From Candidatus Shapirobacteria bacterium (GTDB lineage Bacteria > Patescibacteriota > Microgenomatia > VGLL01): 60,671 nucleotides of DNA. Below are positions 28,866 through 38,391 of this stretch, one piece after another; position 1 is the stretch's first letter; each line of letters starts with the position of its first letter. The stretch lies in contig VGLL01000001.1 of assembly GCA_016866735.1 (NCBI GenBank), positions 1 through 60,671 on the forward strand. The letters are read 5' to 3'. Below the pieces are notes generated by a model that saw only the letters and a program-made list of their open reading frames with translations, was not told where the DNA came from and searched no databases. The position numbers and the translations under genes were made by a program.

Positions 28866-28918
28866 ATTGTAAGATATATTAGTGGCAAAACATAGTGCAG
28901 GGAAAGGGGGTGAGATAA

Positions 28919-29173
28919 ATGCCAGATTTTAAGGTTGGAGTGATTACCCACTACTACGATAAAATTGGGGTAGCTGTCCTTGAGTTATCTGACGAACTTG
29001 CCGCGGGTGACACTATAAAGATTTCCGGCCACGGTCGGGAATTTACCCAGGTGGTCGCCTCAATGCAGGTTGAGCACGAACAAATCCAGTCGGCCAAGCG
29101 AGGCCAAACGGTGGGCATGAAGATTGACCAGGAAGCGAAGGAGGGCGACGAGGTTTATAAAGTTACTGCCTGA
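28919..29173 (+). CDS. Small beta-barrel protein (translation factor domain II / U32 C-terminal-like)
   Basis: VGVITHYYDKIGVAV...GDTIKI...GD.VYK, preceded by the strong SD GAAAGGGGGTGA. Confidence 0.75.
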   Translation: MPDFKVGVITHYYDKIGVAVLELSDELAAGDTIKISGHGREFTQVVASMQVEHEQIQSAKRGQTVGMKIDQEAKEGDEVYKVTA

Positions 29174-29547
29174 TGATGGAGTGGTTTCCGGCTGACGATA
29201 TTAGAAACGAGATAATTTTTCTCTTGCAAAAACTGGGCTTTTCCCACATAGATCCGGCCAGGATATTTTGCTTCCGCTCTACCGGCTCAAAGTCCAAAGC
29301 CAGGGCAAGAATTTGGTCCTTACCGCGCATTTGGCAAAAAGCCCTGGCTGTCCCGCCCGGGTATTGTATCGAAATTATTGCGGAGAGGTTTGATCATTTG
29401 CCAGCGGAAGATAAGAAAAAAATTTTAATTCACGAACTATTACATATTCCGAGGAATTTTTCCGGCAGTTTGCTTTCCCACCGCGGAAAGTACCACTCAA
29501 TTAACACCAAGGTGGTGGAGATTCTTTGGCAAAAAATACAATGCTAG
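29173..29547 (+). CDS. Putative metallopeptidase
   Basis: Motifs ARIW.LP and HELLHIP (HExxH). Confidence 0.75.
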   Translation: MMEWFPADDIRNEIIFLLQKLGFSHIDPARIFCFRSTGSKSKARARIWSLPRIWQKALAVPPGYCIEIIAERFDHLPAEDKKKILIHELLHIPRNFSGSLLSHRGKYHSINTKVVEILWQKIQC

Positions 29548-30236
29548 TTCTTCTTCACGGAGAAAATACCGTTTCCAGCCGAAAGCGCTTAGCCGAACTG
29601 GTTCGCCAGGCCGAGGAAAAGGGATTAACCGAGAAAATTACTCTCGAGGGAAAAACGTTAACTCTCACCGATCTGAAGCAGGCCCTAGAGGCAAAATCGC
29701 TTTTTGGCGAGGGCAAAATAGTGGTCGTGGAAAATTTTCTATCTTTGCGAACTGGTAAAGAAAAGGAACAAATCATAAATTATCTTGTTCAATTGAGGGG
29801 CGAGGTTTCTTTATTACTTTGGGAGAATAAGCAATTAACCCAGGCAGTTATTGCTAGGCTTACCCCCACTCTTACCATCGAAATATTTAAGGTTGAGCCA
29901 TTGGTTTTCCGCTTCCTCGATTCGCTTAGGCCCAAGAATGCTAAAGAGATGTTGAATTTGCTTCACCTTAGTCTTAGGCAAAAAGAGCCCGAGCTGATTT
30001 TCTATCTCTTAATAAAGCGATTCCATTACCTTATCCTGGCAAAAGATCTTCAAGGTGACGGGCTCGACAGTCTTCCTTCATGGCAGCAAAGAAAAATTTT
30101 AGGCCAGGCAAAGCACTTTACCTTGGCGGAACTTCGGTCGGGCTACGCGCGCCTCTTAGAGATAGACTTTCGTCGCAAGACGTCGGCAGCGCCTTCTTTC
30201 CAAACCCTGCTTGATCTTTTTATTATTAGTCCTTAG
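29541..30236 (+). CDS. holA: DNA polymerase III delta subunit-like (short)
   Basis: LLHGEN start, SLFG..KIVVVEN, and C-terminal WQ..K...QA..F..L.ID...K. Confidence 0.7.
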   Translation: MLVLLHGENTVSSRKRLAELVRQAEEKGLTEKITLEGKTLTLTDLKQALEAKSLFGEGKIVVVENFLSLRTGKEKEQIINYLVQLRGEVSLLLWENKQLTQAVIARLTPTLTIEIFKVEPLVFRFLDSLRPKNAKEMLNLLHLSLRQKEPELIFYLLIKRFHYLILAKDLQGDGLDSLPSWQQRKILGQAKHFTLAELRSGYARLLEIDFRRKTSAAPSFQTLLDLFIISP

Positions 30237-30247
30237 AATTGATTTTG

Positions 30248-32542
30248 ATGAGAGGAAAATTCGTTGTTTGGTTTTCGGAGGTTGGTAAAGATGACATTTC
30301 CCTTGTCGGCGGGAAAGGGGCTAACTTGGGAGAGATGGTTTCCTTTGGTATCCCGGTGCCGCCGGGCTTTATCGTTACTTCTGGGGCGTATTTTGATTTT
30401 CTGCGCGAGAATAATCTTACCGATAAAATTAAAAAAGAATTGCAAAAGCTGGACGAGAACAACCCCCAGTCTTATTCAGTCGTCTCCGCAAGAATTAAAG
30501 AAGCTTTGTTGGCGAAAAAGGTGCCAAAAGACACAGGAACAGAGATAATAAGAGCGTATCTTGATTTAGGGGGAATTTTAGGCCAGAGGGTTTTAGTGGC
30601 AGTTCGTTCCTCGGCAACGGCGGAAGACTTACCCACCGCCTCTTTTGCCGGCCAACAGGTCACCTTTCTAAATGTCAGCGGAGAAGCTAATGTGGTTGAG
30701 AAAGTTAAAGAATGCTGGGCCTCTCTTTTTGAACCAAGGGCTATATTTTATCGCCAGGAAAGAAATTTCGATCACCTGAAAGTGGGTATCGCCGTGCCGG
30801 TTCAAAAAATGATTCAATCGGAAACTTCGGGCGTGATGTTTACCTGCGATCCCGTTACGGGCGCAAAGAACAGAATCGTTATCGAGGCAATTTATGGTCT
30901 GGGCGAACTGATTGTCCAGGGCGAAGTAGCACCCGACAACTATGAAATCGGAAGTAAGTCCTTGAAAGTTCTCACTAAGAAAATATCTAGCCAGCCAGTT
31001 CAATTAATTAAACTAAATGGCCAGACCAGTCTTAGACCAGTTCAGTCTAATAAACAGTCAAGACAAAAAATAACGGATAGCCAAATTATGGAGTTGGCGA
31101 AGTTAGGCAATAGGATTTACCACCATTATTTCTTTCCGCAGGATATCGAATGGGCCATTGAGAGAGGAAAGATCTATATTTTGCAAACCCGGCCGGTTAC
31201 CACTCTAGAGCAGGCCAAAAAAACAGAAGAAAAAAGAACGCAGTCGTTTACCAAAGACCTAACGGTGCTGCTTAGAGGTATGCCGGCTTCGCCAGGAGTC
31301 GCTACCGGTGTTGCCAGAATAATTCATTCGGCCAAGGAAATTAATAAAGTAAGAAGCGGAGAGGTTTTGGTTGCGCCGATGACCTCTCCTGATTATGTGC
31401 CGGCGATGAAAAAAGTGGTGGGTATTGTTACCGATAGCGGCGGCCAAACATCACATGCCGCCATCGTTTCCCGCGAACTGGGAATTCCCTGCGTCGTTGG
31501 CACAAAAGAAGCAACAAAGACCCTGAAGAATAGCCAGATAATCACGGTTAACGGGACAAAAGGGGAAATTCTAAAAGGCGGATTTCGGTCCGCAGAAAAC
31601 CTAAAAGTTTCTTCAAGCTCTTTTCTCCGTACTCCGAGCAGAGTCTCTCTCAATACGGCTACCAAAATCTATGTTAACCTGGCGGAGCCGGAAATCGCCG
31701 CCGAGGTTGCCAAGCGCGATGCGGATGGCGTTGGGCTTCTCCGGGCCGAGTTTATGATTGCCCAGATGGGACTTCACCCCAAAAAAATTATCAGGGAAAA
31801 AAAGGAAAAATTATTTATCAAGCACTTAAGCGACAATCTGGCCATTTTCTGCGAGAGTTTTAAGCCAAGGCCGGTAGTTTACCGGGCGACTGATTTTAAG
31901 ACAAACGAATATCGGAACTTATCGGGAGGAAGAGAGTTTGAGCCCGAGGAGCCTAATCCGATGCTTGGTTTCCGCGGGGCCGCCAGATATATCAGAGACG
32001 CCGAAGTTTTTGAGCTTGAACTGGCGGCGATAAAGGAAGTACGTGCCAAAAAGGGGCTAAAGAATTTGTGGTTGATGATCCCCTTTGTGCGGTCACCACA
32101 GGAACTCCACGAGGTGAAAAAGATCATCGTTTCCTCTGGCCTGATGCGTTCCTCGACTTTTAAGCTCTGGATGATGGTGGAGATACCGACTAATGTTATT
32201 ATGCTCGAAGATTTCCTGGAGATCGGAATTGATGGGGTATCTATTGGGTCGAACGATTTGACAATGCTTATTTTGGGCGTTGACCGCGATAACAATGAAG
32301 TAGCACCGTCTTTTAACGAAGAAGATCCGGCTGTCTTGTGGGCCTTAGAGAGAGTCATTAAAACTTGTCATAAATATAGTGTTACCTCCTCGATTTGTGG
32401 TCAGGCGGCTTCTTCTCGGCCAGCCTTAGTGGAAAAACTGGTTGAATGGGGAATTACCAGCGTATCCGTTAATCCGGATGCAATTGAAGCGTGTCGCGGA
32501 CTGGTTCACCAGGCCGAGGAGAAATTAATTTTAAAAAAATAA
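30248..32542 (+). CDS. ppsA: Phosphoenolpyruvate synthase
   Basis: Motifs GGKGANLGE, AVRSSATAED, QTRPVT, TSHAAIVSRE, GLLRAEF, SIGSNDL and SICGQ. Confidence 0.96.
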   Translation: MRGKFVVWFSEVGKDDISLVGGKGANLGEMVSFGIPVPPGFIVTSGAYFDFLRENNLTDKIKKELQKLDENNPQSYSVVSARIKEALLAKKVPKDTGTEIIRAYLDLGGILGQRVLVAVRSSATAEDLPTASFAGQQVTFLNVSGEANVVEKVKECWASLFEPRAIFYRQERNFDHLKVGIAVPVQKMIQSETSGVMFTCDPVTGAKNRIVIEAIYGLGELIVQGEVAPDNYEIGSKSLKVLTKKISSQPVQLIKLNGQTSLRPVQSNKQSRQKITDSQIMELAKLGNRIYHHYFFPQDIEWAIERGKIYILQTRPVTTLEQAKKTEEKRTQSFTKDLTVLLRGMPASPGVATGVARIIHSAKEINKVRSGEVLVAPMTSPDYVPAMKKVVGIVTDSGGQTSHAAIVSRELGIPCVVGTKEATKTLKNSQIITVNGTKGEILKGGFRSAENLKVSSSSFLRTPSRVSLNTATKIYVNLAEPEIAAEVAKRDADGVGLLRAEFMIAQMGLHPKKIIREKKEKLFIKHLSDNLAIFCESFKPRPVVYRATDFKTNEYRNLSGGREFEPEEPNPMLGFRGAARYIRDAEVFELELAAIKEVRAKKGLKNLWLMIPFVRSPQELHEVKKIIVSSGLMRSSTFKLWMMVEIPTNVIMLEDFLEIGIDGVSIGSNDLTMLILGVDRDNNEVAPSFNEEDPAVLWALERVIKTCHKYSVTSSICGQAASSRPALVEKLVEWGITSVSVNPDAIEACRGLVHQAEEKLILKK

Positions 32543-32546
32543 CTCT

Positions 32547-33605
32547 ATGATTAAGATTGCAAGCCTTGCGGCCAGGGAAATATTTGATAGTCAGGGAGGC
32601 AAGACGATTGAGGCGGAACTTTTTTTGGCCGACGGAAAGAGCGGGCGCGCCTCCGTCCCTGCCGGAATTTCTACTGGTCAGTGGGAGGCAAGGAAAGTTA
32701 GCGCGGACCAAGCTGTTCGGGAAACTCAAGGAATTATTTACCCGGTTATATCAAAAAGAGAATTTATTGGCCAGGAAGACTTTGATAAAGAACTGGAAAA
32801 CTTTCCTTGCGGCGCAAATGCCACCTTGGCGGTTTCCCTGGCTTTTTCCCGCGCGGCGAGCACTCTTTCATACCCCCAAGAACTTGTTTTTCCCAAGCTG
32901 ATGGTGCTTCTTTTTGAGGGAGCGAAGCATGGCAGTAAAAACCTAACCATTCAGGAATTTTTGTATATTGCGGAAACAGTCGAACAAGGACAAGAGGCGT
33001 ATCAAAAGATAAAAGACTATCTGAGAAACTCGAATTACCCCACGACAGTCGGTGCCGAGGGAGGATTTTCGCCGCCGGGATTAAATGACGAGCAAGTGCT
33101 TGAGATTATTACCAAGGTCCTGGGTAAAAATAGCCGTATCGCGCTAGATATTGCCGAGTCGTCAAGGGAAAATCAGCCTCCCTTGGATTACGAGCGGCTA
33201 GTCAAAGATTTCCCAATTATTTCTCTTGAGGATCCCTGCCTTGACGACGACTGGGACAGTTGGATTAGGTTAACAGCATCTCTACCAGACACTATGATTG
33301 TCGTTGATGATTTAACGGCCACGAACGCGGAAAGAATCAAAAAAGCAGCCGAACTAAAAGCCGGTAATGCAGCAGTAATTAAGCCGGACCAAAGGAGCAC
33401 GCTTACCCGAGTTCTAGAGGCGGTAAAAGTGGCCAAAAATTGCGGGCTGAAGACTGTTGTTTCCCACCGCGGTCAGGATACCAATGATCCATTTGCGGCC
33501 GACTTCGCGGTGGCCATCGGAGCAGATTATGTAAAATTCGGCGGCTTTGCCCGCGGAGAAAGGATTGCCAAATATAATCGCCTCCTGGAACTTAAAAATG
33601 CTTAA
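32547..33605 (+). CDS. eno: Enolase (short, divergent)
   Basis: Motifs AREIFDSQG, SVPAGISTG, GANA, QEF, EGG, LEDP, DDL, SHR and RGERIAKYNRLLE. Confidence 0.85.
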   Translation: MIKIASLAAREIFDSQGGKTIEAELFLADGKSGRASVPAGISTGQWEARKVSADQAVRETQGIIYPVISKREFIGQEDFDKELENFPCGANATLAVSLAFSRAASTLSYPQELVFPKLMVLLFEGAKHGSKNLTIQEFLYIAETVEQGQEAYQKIKDYLRNSNYPTTVGAEGGFSPPGLNDEQVLEIITKVLGKNSRIALDIAESSRENQPPLDYERLVKDFPIISLEDPCLDDDWDSWIRLTASLPDTMIVVDDLTATNAERIKKAAELKAGNAAVIKPDQRSTLTRVLEAVKVAKNCGLKTVVSHRGQDTNDPFAADFAVAIGADYVKFGGFARGERIAKYNRLLELKNA

Positions 33606-35109
33606 AAAACCTCTTGTTTTGATTATTTTAGACGGTTGGGGATTAGCACCAGCCGGACCCGGAAACGCCGTTACCCAAGCTAAGACGCCAACGATGGAAT
33701 ATCTTTGGAGGAATTATTTTCATACGCAGCTTTTGGCTTCCGGAGAGGCAGTCGGTTTGCCAAAAGGAGAAATGGGAAGTTCAGAAACGGGCCATCTTAA
33801 TTTAGGGGCGGGCCGGATCGTTCCTCAAGATCTACCACGAATAAGTAAGGCGATCAGCGATGGCTCTTTCTTTCAAAACAAGGCCTTTTTGGCCGCCATC
33901 AGCCACGCTCGTTTCCACCGTTCATCCTTGCATATAATGGGGCTTCTAAGCGATGGCGGAGTGCATTCTGGCTTTGATCACCTGCTTGCCCTTTTGGAAC
34001 TTTGCAAGAAGGAAAATTTCACCCATGTTTTTTTGCACCTTTTTACGGACGGAAGAGATATGCCGCCAAAATCGTCGCAAAAGCTGCTTTTCCAATTGGA
34101 TAAAAAAATGAAAGAGCTGGAAGTAGGGAAGATTGCCACCATTATGGGCCGCTACTATGCCATGGATCGCGATCTTCGTTGGGAAAGGACCGAGAGGGCC
34201 TATCGGGCAATTCTTGAAGGGATTGGGAAAAAGGCGGAAGACGTGTTTAAGGCAGTGGAGAATTCTTATCGAGATGGAATAACCGATGAGTTTATCGAGC
34301 CAGTTGTGATTACGGAAAAGCAAAGACCCGTTGGCAGAATTTTGGATAACCATGCCGTAATTTTTTTTAATTTTCGAGTTGACAGACCTCGCCAATTAAC
34401 CAAGTCCTTTCTCACCAATGGTTTTAAAAATCTTTTTTTTGCCACGATGACTGAGTACGAGAAGGGCTTACCTGTTTCCGCAGTTGCCTTTTCCCCCATT
34501 GTTGTTGCTTCTCCTTTAGCCCAGATTCTTTCGGGCCAGGGCGTTAGTCAATTACATCTCTCCGAGTCGGAGAAAGAGCGATTTGTCACTTATTATTTTG
34601 ACGGACAGCGGGAAAAACCTTTTTTCGGCGAGAGTTGGCTTGAAGTGCCTTCCCCAAAGGTTACGACTTATGACTTAAAGCCAGAGATGTCAGCCGAAGG
34701 GGTTTATGGGGCCTTTTCGGAAACTCTTCTTCACGGCGCGACCAACTTTTTCTTACTTAATTTTGCCAATCCAGATATCGTTGGCCACACCGGTGTACTT
34801 TCGGCAGGCATAAAAGCCTGCGAAACGGTTGATTTTTATCTAGGCAAAATTGTTGAGGAAATGCTTCGCGCAGAAGGAATAGTTATTGTAACCGCTGACC
34901 ACGGCAACGTAGAGGAAATGCTTGATTTAAAAACTGGCGAAGTAAATACGGAGCACTCGACCAATCCCGTGCCGTTTATTCTGGTTAGCAAGGAGTATGC
35001 CAGCCCAAAAATCCTCTCCCCTGGGATTTTGGGTGACGTTGCCCCTACCATTTTGAAAATAATGGGTATTCCCAAACCAAGAGAAATGACAGGGCAAAGC
35101 CTTATTTGA
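33598..35109 (+). CDS. gpmI: 2,3-bisphosphoglycerate-independent phosphoglycerate mutase
   Basis: Motifs LIILDGWG, MGSSETGH, DGRD, GRYYAMDRD, NPDIVGHTG and TADHGN. Confidence 0.96.
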   Translation: MLKKPLVLIILDGWGLAPAGPGNAVTQAKTPTMEYLWRNYFHTQLLASGEAVGLPKGEMGSSETGHLNLGAGRIVPQDLPRISKAISDGSFFQNKAFLAAISHARFHRSSLHIMGLLSDGGVHSGFDHLLALLELCKKENFTHVFLHLFTDGRDMPPKSSQKLLFQLDKKMKELEVGKIATIMGRYYAMDRDLRWERTERAYRAILEGIGKKAEDVFKAVENSYRDGITDEFIEPVVITEKQRPVGRILDNHAVIFFNFRVDRPRQLTKSFLTNGFKNLFFATMTEYEKGLPVSAVAFSPIVVASPLAQILSGQGVSQLHLSESEKERFVTYYFDGQREKPFFGESWLEVPSPKVTTYDLKPEMSAEGVYGAFSETLLHGATNFFLLNFANPDIVGHTGVLSAGIKACETVDFYLGKIVEEMLRAEGIVIVTADHGNVEEMLDLKTGEVNTEHSTNPVPFILVSKEYASPKILSPGILGDVAPTILKIMGIPKPREMTGQSLI

Positions 35110-35172
35110 AATCTAGCAAGTACATCTCTCGACACACCGCTTGAAATTTCTTTTTTGAACTGTGAGTTTTTC

Positions 35173-35201
35173 TTGCAAAATAATAGATCATGCTCTATAA
35201 T
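35173..35201 (+). promoter_or_regulatory. Sigma70-like promoter upstream of the RNR-like gene
   Basis: TTGCAA-17 nt-TATAAT. Confidence 0.6.
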
Positions 35202-35243
35202 ACGGTTTATGGCGCAACGGCGCCATAATATACCGAGAAAACT

Positions 35244-37018
35244 ATGAGAGAAGCATATTGCGGCGAATCCAAATCTACCTTTAAATCCAGTTTTCTGCCT
35301 TCACCTCTGGCTGAAAAAGTTCTCAGAGAAGGCCGTATCATAGGTGCCTCCGAGACACCTCAAATGATGATCAAAAGGATGGTCGAAGCGCTTTTTGTCC
35401 CCGAAACCTGCTTTGGGACCTCCACCGCCGAAATCCAGCGGTTAATCGAAGACTTCGGATTTTTTTTAGATGGAAAGTACTGCGTGATGAGTACGCCTGT
35501 CATGACAAATGCAGGCCGATATACAGATAGACCGTTATCTGCATGCGCTGTTCCGCCGCTTGATCTTCGAGGAGATCTCCGAAAAGTGAAACAAGTTGTT
35601 GATGAATTTCATCAAGCTGGTATGGGTACCGGCTTTAACCTTAATGATACCGAAAACCCAGTTGAGATTCTCGGATTTCTTAACGGTGTGGCCGTCGATG
35701 GTGCCAATAGCGGAAAGGAAAATCGTCCTGTTGGTAACATGGCAATTTTAAGTATCCACCACCCTCGCATCTTAGAGTTCATTGAGACGAAGGTTGGATC
35801 AGATGAGCGAGGAGAAAATTGGAAGTTTAATATCTCTATTGATGTAAGTCCAGAATTTATGTGTGCCGTTGGGGTAGGAGAGCATTATAGGCTAAGTGAT
35901 GGTACTTACCTAAATGCACGAGAAGTAATGTACCGCATTGCAGAAAGTGCTGTTGCCTGTGGAGACCCCGGATTGGTCTTTCTTGACCGTTTTGATAGAG
36001 ATAATCCCACGCCTGGGGTTGGAGCATATGTGGGCTAGCTCCTTGCGCAGAAGTGGGGCTCGTGGCTGGCGAATCATGCCAATTTGGGTATATCAACGTT
36101 GGTAAGTTTGTTGATCCGTTATCTGGTATTAACTATAGCCAGCTTGAAAAATTAATAAGATTAATGACTCGTGTTCTTGATAACGCTCTCGAATTTAGTA
36201 TTGAACATTACGCCCACCCACTTAATCAACAAGTAATGAGAGCAAAACGAAAAATCGGAGTAGGTATTTGCGGACTAGCTGATATGTTACTTCAACTTAG
36301 GTTACCATATAGCGATCTAAGATCAAGGAGAGTTGCGAAAGATGTTATAGCTTTCATTAACTACGTGTCCAAACTTGAATCTCATGAGCTTGCAAAACAA
36401 AGAGGCTCATTTGGGGCGATGGGCTTCGTTTCGGGTTGTCGATACAACGACAACCCTGGTTTTCTTGAGGAAAAATATGGATCTCTTGAAACAAGAACCG
36501 TTACTCCTATTATGTGGAGGGACCTTGCCTCTAAAATACGAGATACTCGGCTATTAAGAAATGCATCTACTGTTGCTCTACCCCCAACGGGAAGAAGTGG
36601 ACTCGTGATTGATGCATCTACAGGAATAGAGCCGATATTCTCGTTAGTTGGATACGGAGGAGAAATTAATCCATATCTTAAGCGAGAACTCGATAAAAGA
36701 CGGCTGCTTAACGAAGCTTTATGCCGACAAATTTTTGGACTCGGTCGTGTGGGAAGTATGGGAGGGGTTCCTCATGACATCAAAGCCGTCTATCAAACTG
36801 CGCTTGAGATAGAGCCGCAAGAACACCTTCTCATGGCTGGTGAAATTGAGAAAGCAGTTGACGAATCAATCGCGAAAACAGTAAATATACCAGGCGCATC
36901 AACTACCGACGATGTTGTGAAAATCTATCTTCAGGCGTATAAATTGCGTCTTAAGGGTATCACTATTTTTAGAACAGGAAGTAGAAAGATCCAGCCAAGA
37001 AAATTGGCAAATCTATGA
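35244..37018 (+). CDS. Atypical class II-like ribonucleotide reductase, split by a 1-nt frameshift at about 36033
   Basis: ORF1 has TPVMTNAG, LSAC, GTGFN, FNISI and GDPGL. ORF2, extended upstream, has APCAE, ESCQ, RKIGVGICGLAD, RNA...PPTG, STGIEP, SIAKTVN and LKGITIFR.GS. Adding one G to GTGGGCTA fuses them. Confidence 0.85.
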
Positions 37019-37047
37019 AAGAAGTAAGGGGACACTATTAACCCGAT

Positions 37048-37674
37048 CTAAAATTGCGCTTCTTCTCTCATTAGCATATTTGTAACACTCTTTGGAACAA
37101 TTTGTTGACTTGAGATACCTAATTCTCGCAAAAAATCTTTAATCCTTGTCTTCGCCTCTTCGATTTTGTCTTTGGGAGTAATGATTTCAGCTTCAAGAAT
37201 TGGTCCGAAATCAACGATATCTTCAAAAACAAGGGCCATTCCTTCTACAGAATAGGTTGAGCGGTCTTTCTCTAATGTAAAGTATGGCTTGAAGCTCATC
37301 GTTTGCAAAATAGCTTTAGCCTCGTCAAAAGAATCAACTGCTATCTCATGCTCTTCCCAGGCATTGTGATCTCCGTATTGGGTAATCATTTTAGTGTTTA
37401 TTTCGATACGAGTTTTACCGTTTTCCACTTTTTGGCGAAGTCTCAAACTAAACGAGCCCACTGTGTTCATCTCGATTTCCGGAAAAGACTTAATATTTAT
37501 GGGGCAAAAATACGCATCTTTGAGGTGTTCTGTTTTCTCTAAAGTTGCACCCCTGGCTTCTAACAAATGGGTTAGTTCCCTTTTCTGTCTCGCCTTCAAC
37601 AAGGCTCTTATTTCAACCTCATGTAACCCTTTATCCTCTTTTGTAGGGAGTTCTCTTCCTATAGATCCTTTCAT
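37048..37674 (-). CDS. CYTH domain protein (class IV adenylate cyclase / triphosphate tunnel metalloenzyme-like)
   Basis: Motifs EVEIR (ExExK-like), DAYF, LRLR, EEHE, K.R..Y and G..LEAE. Confidence 0.85.
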   Translation of the reverse strand: MKGSIGRELPTKEDKGLHEVEIRALLKARQKRELTHLLEARGATLEKTEHLKDAYFCPINIKSFPEIEMNTVGSFSLRLRQKVENGKTRIEINTKMITQYGDHNAWEEHEIAVDSFDEAKAILQTMSFKPYFTLEKDRSTYSVEGMALVFEDIVDFGPILEAEIITPKDKIEEAKTRIKDFLRELGISSQQIVPKSVTNMLMREEAQF

Positions 37675-37706
37675 ATACCTATTACCGTCGTAACTATTTT
37701 TTCATT

Positions 37707-37722
37707 TTGCTATAATTAGCAA
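37707..37722. promoter_or_regulatory. Palindromic operator candidate overlapping an extended -10
   Basis: TTGCTA-taat-TAGCAA contains TG-c-TATAAT and lies between the divergent CYTH and NDT-RHH genes. Confidence 0.5.
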
Positions 37723-37764
37723 TAGGAAACAAGAGCCATTATACTATAGAAAACATCTAAAGTC

Positions 37765-38373
37765 ATGTTTTATATGCGATATAAAACTCAACCGCCAAAA
37801 AACAAGAGAACAGTTTTTGTTACGTTTTCAAGTAAAAGACTTAACCCAGAATCAGGTTTCTCATACAAAGACTTTATCAAAGTTATTGAAGAAGATTGTA
37901 ATTTACACATCAAATATCGCTGGTTTGCGCGAAAACGGAAACATGATCCAGATAAAATTCATTATAATGCAGTGGTGGCTATAAACGAGGCAGATTTTTT
38001 TATTGCCGAAGTCTCGGTCGCTTCAATAGGAGTTGGACAACAAATCGCACATGCACTTCAGAAACAAATCCCAACATTCTTATGTTTGAGAACGGAGCTT
38101 AAAGATACGAATAACTTATCCTTCCTTAAGGGTACTAAATCAAGAAATCTTCATTTTATCTATTACACCGGCAGTGATGATCTTAAGAGAGAATTGTCTA
38201 AAAAAGTAAGCGTGGTCAAAAGAGATAACTTGGAAAAATTTAATTTTCTTGCGACACGCGAATTGAAACAACTTTTGAAACAAGAAAGTGAGAAACGTAG
38301 ACTTTCTCAATCAGCATTATTGAGGGAAATTATTGAAGAATGGGCAAATAATAAAAAAAAGAGTACAGCTTAA
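37765..38373 (+). CDS. Nucleoside 2-deoxyribosyltransferase-like domain fused to C-terminal ribbon-helix-helix
   Basis: INEADFFIAEVSVASIGVGQQIAHA (NDT/Rcl-like), then EKFNF....L...L......LSQSALLREII (RHH-like). Confidence 0.65.
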   Translation: MFYMRYKTQPPKNKRTVFVTFSSKRLNPESGFSYKDFIKVIEEDCNLHIKYRWFARKRKHDPDKIHYNAVVAINEADFFIAEVSVASIGVGQQIAHALQKQIPTFLCLRTELKDTNNLSFLKGTKSRNLHFIYYTGSDDLKRELSKKVSVVKRDNLEKFNFLATRELKQLLKQESEKRRLSQSALLREIIEEWANNKKKSTA

Positions 38374-38391
38374 TAGTCCGCACACTAGAAT

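Noticed and set aside
35209..35247. 12-codon ORF overlapping the RNR start
   Set aside because: There is no independent support; it could be chance or another frameshift.
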